Positions 6,213 through 7,265 of a stretch of 7,265 nt of DNA are shown here, one piece after another (positions within the stretch are counted from its first letter, which is position 1; the number at the start of each line of letters is the position of its first letter). The notes beneath the pieces are model-generated. The model ran no database searches. It was not told the DNA's origin and saw nothing but the letters and a program-made list of their open reading frames with translations. The DNA comes from a virus (Duplodnaviria; Heunggongvirae; Uroviricota; Caudoviricetes). Location: the IMG/VR virus record IMGVR_UViG_2609459803_000004; one strand, written 5' to 3'. Position numbers and translations under genes: made by a program.

Positions 6213-7265
6213 ATGGCAGTACGAAAACTCACCACAGGGAAATGGCTTTGCGAATGTTACCCCGCCGGACGAAGTGGGCGTCGTGTGCGTAAACAATTCG
6301 CCACCAAAGGCGAAGCTCTGGCTTTTGAGCGTCACACTATGGAAGAAACCGAATCAAAGCCATGGCTGGGCGAATCAGTGGATCGTCGAACCCTGAAAGA
6401 CGTGGTTGAGCTATGGTTCAAACTACATGGTAAATCTCTGACTGCTGGGCAGCATGTCTATGACAAATTGCTGCTGATGGTTGGCGCTCTGGGCAATCCT
6501 CTTGCAACCGATCTCACCTCTAAAATGTTTGCCCACTATCGAGATAAACGCCTGACAGGCGAGATCTACTTCAGCGAGAAATGGAAGAAAGGAGCAAGCC
6601 CGGTCACCATTAACCTGGAGCAAAGCTATCTAAGTAGTGTTTTTAGCGAACTATCCCGTCTGGGCGAATGGTCGTATCCGAACCCACTGGAGAACATGCG
6701 AAAATTCACCATCGCAGAAAAAGAGATGGCATGGCTTACCCATGAGCAGATTGTTGAATTACTGGCTGATTGCAAACGTCAGGACCCAATTCTAGCACTG
6801 GTAGTTAAGATATGCTTAAGCACAGGCGCACGCTGGCGAGAAGCCGTAAATCTTACTCGTTCACAGGTGACCAAATACCGAATTACCTTTGTAAGAACGA
6901 AGGGGAAGAAAAACAGAAGTATCCCTATCAGTAAAGAGCTTTACGAAGAGATCATGGCGCTTGATGGATTCAATTTCTTCACAGACTGCTATTTTCAATT
7001 TTTATCCGTGATGGAAAAAACGTCTATCGTGCTCCCTCGCGGTCAACTCACACACGTTCTGCGCCATACGTTTGCGGCGCACTTCATGATGTCGGGTGGA
7101 AACATTCTGGCCTTACAAAAAATTCTCGGACACCACGATATAAAAATGACTATGCGTTACGCACATCTGGCACCGGATCATCTGGAAACGGCGCTCCGTT
7201 TCAATCCTCTGGCAACGCTGCCAAGTGGCGACAAAGTGGCGGCAGCGGTTGGCATTACCCCGTAA
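6213..7265 (+). CDS. int: P2-family tyrosine integrase
   Basis: N-terminus MAVRKLTTGKWLCECYP...RVRKQFATKGEALAFE and C-terminal catalytic region (LSTGARWREA; HVLRHTFAAHFMMSGGNILALQKILGH...MRYAHLAP with the R, H-x-x-R and Y residues) match P2 Int-type recombinases. GGAGGG Shine-Dalgarno 8 nt upstream of the ATG at 6213. The ORF track's 402-aa version from 6057 is probably a spurious N-terminal extension. Confidence 0.9.
   Translation: MAVRKLTTGKWLCECYPAGRSGRRVRKQFATKGEALAFERHTMEETESKPWLGESVDRRTLKDVVELWFKLHGKSLTAGQHVYDKLLLMVGALGNPLATDLTSKMFAHYRDKRLTGEIYFSEKWKKGASPVTINLEQSYLSSVFSELSRLGEWSYPNPLENMRKFTIAEKEMAWLTHEQIVELLADCKRQDPILALVVKICLSTGARWREAVNLTRSQVTKYRITFVRTKGKKNRSIPISKELYEEIMALDGFNFFTDCYFQFLSVMEKTSIVLPRGQLTHVLRHTFAAHFMMSGGNILALQKILGHHDIKMTMRYAHLAPDHLETALRFNPLATLPSGDKVAAAVGITP
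7226..7247. repeat. Right copy of the 22-bp direct repeat (tggcgacaaagtggcggcagcg); candidate att core inside the int 3' end
   Basis: 21 of 22 identity with 2834-2855. Lies in the codons for ...GDKVAAA, 6 codons before the int stop. Confidence 0.5.

Larger units (their letters stand above)
2834..7265. mobile_element. Defective P2/186-family prophage remnant: ogr, 'D, A', cII, apl-like, cI, orf63, int
   Basis: Gene content and order mirror the two ends of a 186-like prophage (int-cI one way, apl-cII-A the other, D-ogr at the far end) with the whole late region missing. Bounded by the 22-bp direct repeat. The right boundary is at or just beyond 7247; the window ends at the int stop codon. Confidence 0.8.

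Noticed and set aside
6121-6623. ORFs 6121..6396 (+), 6153..6335 (-) and 6423..6623 (-) overlapping int
   Set aside because: Alternative-frame or antisense ORFs inside the well-supported integrase gene.
1-7265. CRISPR arrays, tRNA/tmRNA genes, IS elements and toxin-antitoxin pairs
   Set aside because: No spacer-repeat periodicity, no tRNA-like sequence adjacent to int or elsewhere, no transposase-like ORFs or terminal inverted repeats, and no small adjacent toxin/antitoxin-like gene pair were seen.

Overview
Escherichia-like chromosomal segment with conserved core genes on the left and a small defective P2/186-family prophage remnant on the right. Core part: grxA (1-258, +), ybjM (288-665, -), ybjL (935-2620, +), then the sigma-E-dependent sRNA gene rybB (about 2697-2775, +) with its own terminator. 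From about 2834 to the window end lies a roughly 4.4 kb remnant: ogr/delta-type zinc-finger activator (-), a 3' fragment of tail gene D (-), a truncated gene-A rolling-circle initiator (-), cII (-), an apl/cox-like gene (-), a switch region, a 186-type cI (+), a small secreted Cys-rich ORF (+) and a P2-type tyrosine integrase (+). A 22-bp direct repeat with one mismatch (2834-2855 and 7226-7247) brackets the remnant and is the best candidate for the att core. All morphogenesis, lysis and full replication genes are absent, so the element is defective but keeps an apparently intact immunity/integration module. Identifications come from reading the translations and recalled family motifs; no database search was run. 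The most interesting items are the att-core repeat overlapping the int 3' end, the insertion directly beside rybB, and the uncharacterised cationic Cys-rich secreted peptide gene between cI and int.
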